A stretch of DNA of 29,873 bases, taken from positions 1 to 29,873 of the forward strand of contig DATFML010000361.1 of NCBI GenBank assembly GCA_035266965.1. The letters run 5' to 3'. Source of the stretch: Gammaproteobacteria bacterium (GTDB taxonomy: Bacteria; Pseudomonadota; Gammaproteobacteria; DATFLG01). Below the pieces are notes generated by a model. That model did no database searches and had not been told where the DNA came from. It was given only the letters and a program-made list of their open reading frames with translations. The translations under genes and the position numbers were made by a program. How positions within the stretch are numbered: position 1 is the stretch's first letter; each line of letters opens with the position of its first letter. Below, in pieces: positions 26,401 through 29,873 of this stretch.

Positions 26401-26647
26401 CATGACCACCCTGGCCATGGTCCTGGGCGTGATTCCCCTGATCACCGCCACGGGCTCCGGCGCACCGCCGCGCAACGAGCTCGGCATCGTCATCGCCAGC
26501 GGCCTGGGCATCGGCGCTCTGTTCAGCCTCTACATCGTGCCGGTGATGTACCTGTACCTGTCCAAGGACCACGCCAGGATCGCCGCCAACGAGGCGGCGC
26601 AGCAGCGGGATCTGGACGCCCTGGCTGCCGAGGAGGGTGGCAGCTAG
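23495..26647 (+). CDS. RND efflux permease (AcrB/AcrD/AcrF family, HAE1-like)
   Basis: 1050 aa. 'FVRRPVLA', 'IREYP', TM4 'IGLVVDDAIVMVENVHR', TM10 'GLITKQGIL', TM11 'RLRPILMTT'. Confidence 0.96.
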   Translation: MAKHLTNSRWTDLFVRRPVLAVTLATVVVVLGAFGISKMTIREYPKLTTTVITVGTSYPGASPQTVQSYITQPLSRVLGSVPHLDYMTSSSSQGTSTVTLYMKLNANSEEALTNTLTQIKQVESLLPKNSFPPVVNSSSGSRTALMYIAFSSPGGQMTIPQIVDYVVRNAQPLLQTVSGVSQAQVVPVGASGGNGNNQAVRVWLNPQEMAARGITPADVEKALASQNVVAATGKTEGNLISVPLTSNMEMTSAKDFRKLVVKTVNGTPIYLQDVARVEIGAESYVSKFYFDGHPAVAIGIQTTPSANDLQVALGVNRKIQELKKRLPPGMEVGLPYNGANFIHTAIDEVATTIGITLGVVVLVIFLFLGSLRALVVPLVAIPLSLVGAGFFMYMVGYSLNLLTLLAFVLAIGLVVDDAIVMVENVHRHVDEGRSGFQAAVISARELTLPIIVMSTTLIAVYLPVAFGGGLTGALFTEFAMTIVFAVMLSMVIALTLSPMLSGRILRSTPAHGLNHFLEVGFQRFRALFDRSLHSFLEFPVVGTVFIIATFVALYFLFAGVRHELSPPQNSGVVFSLGTAPPNAAPNYVDALGQQVLKTFGHFPQKDHTFLVTGFSPNGGGNNSLIGGMTLKPFSERKQTASDLKPKIQKDLGGVTGLKAAAFTPPPLPGSAGLFPIDFVITSSRPYADLDHVANAVLAKARESHRFLFLQKDLKIDQPQYELVVNRKLAADLGITMDQVAADLQPMLSGAYVNRFTMDGYAYQVIPQTPDMFRADPSDLEQYHIKAADGRLIPLSTLVSFKTRVIPQDLPQFDRINSVTIQGVPFPGVSQGDALQYLAQTTHDIAPDAAINYGGSSRQFMEQGNTFMVSVVLALVLIYLLLSAQFNSFRDAMIVMFAVPMSAAGALLFMALGMATLNIYTEIALITLIGLITKQGILVVQFANNLQESEGLGLREAVEKATSIRLRPILMTTLAMVLGVIPLITATGSGAPPRNELGIVIASGLGIGALFSLYIVPVMYLYLSKDHARIAANEAAQQRDLDALAAEEGGS

Positions 26648-26648
26648 G

Positions 26649-26700
26649 GGTCCATGGGGGCATAGTGTGGCCGAGAGTGACACTATCCCCCCCATGGACC
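26649..26700. repeat. Long near-perfect inverted repeat immediately after the RND stop
   Basis: GGTCCATGGGGGCATAGTGT (26649-26668) pairs with ACACTATCCCCCCCATGGACC (26680-26700), about a 20-bp stem. Confidence 0.85.
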
Positions 26701-26734
26701 ACTGGGCGCTCCGGCTTCGCTGCCGGCTCACAGT

Positions 26735-26765
26735 CCGCCGGACGTTACTGTCCGGCGGGTTTTTC
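26735..26765 (+). terminator. Intrinsic terminator of the efflux operon
   Basis: CCGCCGGAC-GTTACT-GTCCGGCGG (perfect 9-bp stem) followed by GTTTTT. Confidence 0.8.
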
Positions 26766-26922
26766 TCGGGTATTCGGATTGCGCTGTGTTTTGGCAGTCC
26801 CGATTCTCGTGGCACTGGTCGCGCGGACAGTGTGTTTCCGCCTTCTCCGAAGTATATGTAGGGAGATCGTTCATATCCCCCCCACCACCGGGCCTGAACG
26901 CACACCATTGGTGAAATACTAA

Positions 26923-28152
26923 TCAGAACGCAGGGAGGTCCGGCATCGCGCGCGCGCCAATGCCGACGCCCTCGATTTCAACAAGCCATTCAGGTCGGCA
27001 CACAGCCCCGTGCACAGCAATCACGGGCACTTTCGGAAGACGCTCCTGAAGGTGTGCGCGAATCCAGCGCCCATCAGCCGGATCCCGGAGATAGACGATC
27101 AGGTACATCATGTCATCGAGGTTCGCTGAATCGGCTCGCAGCAGGGCCTCCACATTACCGAGTGCAACCGCAAGCTGCTTTTCGACGTCACCAGGATGCA
27201 CCACGTGCCCGAGGCTATCGATGCTGGCAGTCCCGGATATGAAGTACTGCGAGCGGTCAGCGAATGCGACACGTGTGGCGCGTTCGAAGGTGACGTTGTA
27301 GTCGTTTGTGGCACAAAGGTGCTCGAAGTCGTTGAGATAGGCTATCTGATCGGGGCGGACGTCAAGGACCGAATATGCATCCATGGCGACCAGATCCAGG
27401 CGATGCGCGCAGGCGCCTTGAATTCCTGTGCTGGCAATGTAATGCGTGTCCGCTGTAAGGCCCTGCGCGGCGAAAAGGTCGGTCCGACGATGCACCATGT
27501 CCCGGTAGAACACATCGACGTCCTTCAGATACAGCCAGGTACGGACGCAGTGGTCACGTAGAGTACCCCCTTGGCTCTCAAGTGCTCTAATGAGATCGTT
27601 AAATACCATCTCTGTCTGTGTCCCTGACTCGGTGGGCGCTCCGTCCTCAGCTGCCGCACATAGTCCGGTGCTCCAGAGATGTCGTATACCGCTCTTCTCG
27701 ACGAGGGTGTGCCGCGGCGAAAGGCACCTCTTCAGAATAGGCTGCGGTCCGGTGACATGATAGGCCAGCAGAGCGATCTTTGCGCCCGATACCGGAGGCT
27801 GCTGCACTATGGATACGGCGACAGGGCCCGCAGTTTGATCCTCGACCAGTGGACTTTGACGCACCGTAGCGACCTGATTGATGGTGTCGCTCAGGAAAAT
27901 GCGTCGAAAGATAGCGCTTTCTGCGGGTAGCTCAAGCCCCAGGAGGGCCCTATGATAGCGCTCGCAAACCTCGCGTACCTGGTCCTCAAAAGTGCGGTCA
28001 GGTGATGCCTCAATCGATAGAAAATGCTCAGCGCCACTGGAGGTCCCGTGGAAGCTGCGGGTCGTGGCGCCAGACGCGGGGTCCCGTGCAGTGAAATGGC
28101 CAGCCAGTGGTGTGGCTCTCTGGGGTGCGGCGAGGAAAGCCGCGCGGCTCAC
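26923..28152 (-). CDS. Rid/YjgF-superfamily protein, chorismatase (FkbO/Hyg5)-like multi-domain type
   Basis: 'CVRTWLYLKDVD..Y', 'IASTGIQG', 'VTFERAT', 'FISGTASID..GHVVHPGDVEKQ', 'VYLRD', 'VCRPEWLVEIEG'. The GTG start overlaps the upstream stop (GTGA). Confidence 0.8.
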   Translation of the reverse strand: MSRAAFLAAPQRATPLAGHFTARDPASGATTRSFHGTSSGAEHFLSIEASPDRTFEDQVREVCERYHRALLGLELPAESAIFRRIFLSDTINQVATVRQSPLVEDQTAGPVAVSIVQQPPVSGAKIALLAYHVTGPQPILKRCLSPRHTLVEKSGIRHLWSTGLCAAAEDGAPTESGTQTEMVFNDLIRALESQGGTLRDHCVRTWLYLKDVDVFYRDMVHRRTDLFAAQGLTADTHYIASTGIQGACAHRLDLVAMDAYSVLDVRPDQIAYLNDFEHLCATNDYNVTFERATRVAFADRSQYFISGTASIDSLGHVVHPGDVEKQLAVALGNVEALLRADSANLDDMMYLIVYLRDPADGRWIRAHLQERLPKVPVIAVHGAVCRPEWLVEIEGVGIGARAMPDLPAF

Positions 28153-28832
28153 AACGGCTGCACGCTAATCGGTTGGTCCGGAAACGCGAGTTGGTCGCGG
28201 TCGCGCCAATCTGATCGAACATAATTGATTTCCAGAAGGCGGCGCACACCCACGATGGGCCGCGGCTCGAAACCGTGCCAGGTATCCGGACCAGGTACGA
28301 ATATGACGGCCGAATTGAATTCCGCAGAACTCCGGCCGACCCAGCGCCGTTCGGAATCGTAGATGTCGGTTCCCCACCCGCTCGCTTCAGGGCCGGTGCA
28401 AAGGTACAGGACCATGGAGAAGAGCTTCTCAGGAATGTCGCGATGAGGTTCAAGCCAGGCACCGTCGGTGTCCTGGATGTATTCCAACCGCAAGTAGGCT
28501 TCGTCGGTAATAATTCCGAGGGTATCTGCAAGCTGTTGCGCCACCAGCGGACTCTGCAGTGCGCTCGCAAAGGCTTCGCAAACGGGAAACCGTGCACGCA
28601 GCGTCGGCGTGAAGAAGGTCCGTTTGCTGTTGTCGACGTCCCGCACTCCTCGGCAATCTCCGACGACCGGTGGAGCGATCGGCAGCATCAATACAGCAGC
28701 CGCGAGCGACTCGGGCAGTACTTCGTTGAGTATCCAATGGCGGTATGGCCGGGAGTTACACCGAGCGGCTTGCAGCGCACCACAGAAATGAGCCGCCACG
28801 ATATTTGATGCGGGCACAGCCGGGAAATTCAA
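28149..28832 (-). CDS. 2OG-Fe(II) oxygenase (copy B)
   Basis: HxD 'LEPHRD', distal His 'TWHGF', Arg 'GVRR', 'SMVLYL', 'GTDIYD'. The TTG at 28832 has an AAGGAG RBS; an alternative GTG start lies at 28862. Confidence 0.85.
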   Translation of the reverse strand: MNFPAVPASNIVAAHFCGALQAARCNSRPYRHWILNEVLPESLAAAVLMLPIAPPVVGDCRGVRDVDNSKRTFFTPTLRARFPVCEAFASALQSPLVAQQLADTLGIITDEAYLRLEYIQDTDGAWLEPHRDIPEKLFSMVLYLCTGPEASGWGTDIYDSERRWVGRSSAEFNSAVIFVPGPDTWHGFEPRPIVGVRRLLEINYVRSDWRDRDQLAFPDQPISVQPL

Positions 28833-28869
28833 GCGAGCGCTCCTTCGCGGCAATATCGGCACCGATCAC

Positions 28870-29559
28870 TCAACGTGGAGCCCATTCGATAATCTTGCGT
28901 ACAAACGGTACGGACTTCGCGGCCGCGCTTATCCGATGACGGACATATTCGCGGCGCACGTATGAGGGCGAATCCACGTAGCAGAGTTGCAGACTCATGC
29001 GCCGCCCTTTCTGAGGCAGGAAGCCATGCCAGGAATGGTCGCAGACTCGAAACATCAGCATGCGTCCGAATTCCGGGGCAAACTCAAACGCACAGTCATC
29101 CCTGTCAGCGCTACGCAACACACGGAGACGCCCGCGTTCATATGGCCATTCGCGACTGAAACCTACCAGGACAGTGATGATCTTGTGTTTGGAGTCCGGG
29201 TGAGCGTACCCCTCATTATAATGCCCGGTAGTATTCCCCATCATGAGAATCAAGGGTGGGTTAGCGCTGAGATCGGTGTCGAACTTCCTCTCTACCAGGT
29301 GACGAAACCGATCGCTGAGCAATTCCTTGACTGCTGTTCCGAAGCTGGGACCGTAGCGCAGGCTCGGCAAACCATAACTACCGCGGTCCGGTATGGTAGG
29401 CGCGTCCGCGAGCACGGTGTTCTTATGTTGGGGACCTATTGCCTGATCTACGAAAGCATAATCGTAGGGATCGTGCTGCAGGGCGGCGGCGGCGATAGCG
29501 CCCTCGTCGAACAACTCCAAGGGGCGAGATCCGTCGCCATTGCCGCTGGGGTATGTCAT
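28870..29559 (-). CDS. 2OG-Fe(II) oxygenase (copy A)
   Basis: GGGAGG RBS, 'PYDYAFV', 'LRYGPSF', HxD 'AHPDSKHKIITVLV', 'GRLRVLRS', 'SWHGF', 'GRRMSLQL'. Confidence 0.85.
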   Translation of the reverse strand: MTYPSGNGDGSRPLELFDEGAIAAAALQHDPYDYAFVDQAIGPQHKNTVLADAPTIPDRGSYGLPSLRYGPSFGTAVKELLSDRFRHLVERKFDTDLSANPPLILMMGNTTGHYNEGYAHPDSKHKIITVLVGFSREWPYERGRLRVLRSADRDDCAFEFAPEFGRMLMFRVCDHSWHGFLPQKGRRMSLQLCYVDSPSYVRREYVRHRISAAAKSVPFVRKIIEWAPR

Positions 29560-29873
29560 TCCTGACCTCCCATTCAGTCCGATTATCAAGTCGCGTAATT
29601 TACTGGAAACGGTTCTTGCAAGCATTGACCTGAATCAATACTTTCAATCGCACGCTGTTCCCAGCCGGCAGAAGGATCTGGGCTGTTGGAACGCCGGTCG
29701 GAACCCGCGACGGCCAGGCGATAGAACAATTACCCCGGGCGTGCACATGACACTGGGTAATGAAGTTCCGGAATACAGCTTCAGCACCGCTTCGATGCTG
29801 ACCAATCAGGCGCGCTTGCTCCCGACGCTATGTCTGTCGATTCCGGCCACTGTCGTGTCGTGTGAGCGGGGGC

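Noticed and set aside
26858-26890. tRNA/tmRNA 3'-end-like text (GTTCATATCCCCCCCACCACC) as a possible att site
   Set aside because: No proper T-arm (GTTCRA stem) or acceptor stem, and no matching copy in the window.
29560-29873. Possible partial gene at the right edge upstream of the 2OG cassette
   Set aside because: All three minus-strand frames hit stops within ~30 codons of the edge and give no recognisable peptide; treated as intergenic or promoter sequence.
1-29873. CRISPR arrays, rRNA, tRNA, riboswitches, transposases, integrases
   Set aside because: No regularly spaced repeat-spacer arrays, cloverleafs, known riboswitch cores, or DDE/tyrosine/serine recombinase motifs were seen by eye.

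Overview
GC-rich proteobacterial chromosomal segment, probably gammaproteobacterial (an inference from the gene content). About 21 intact CDSs are supported. In order: a putative outer-membrane porin with a secreted coiled-coil partner; a small secreted 4-Cys protein; dsbG; a low-complexity membrane-anchored protein; a delta-60 repeat pseudogene; a VPLPA/PEP-CTERM-type surface protein with a sigma-54 promoter; djlA; a PAS-PAS-PAS-GGDEF diguanylate cyclase; a Met-rich peptidoglycan-binding protein with a second sigma-54 promoter; trkH; dusA; a TVP38 + arsS + TIGR04283 + TIGR04282 'arsenosugar' cluster with no arsM in the window; a Gln-type thiol dioxygenase with a four-domain rhodanese; and a TetR-MFP-RND efflux operon. 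The last ~3 kb is a visibly lower-GC, tightly spaced cassette of two different 2OG-Fe(II) oxygenases and a chorismatase-like Rid-superfamily protein; this is my best candidate for an undescribed pathway. Non-coding features include a MITE-like palindromic element at the window start, a 97-bp repeat present twice about 12.8 kb apart, a 13-bp tandem duplication upstream of djlA, and a TetR-type operator. No rRNA, tRNA, CRISPR array, integrase or transposase was seen. All family assignments come from motif recognition by eye, not database searches.
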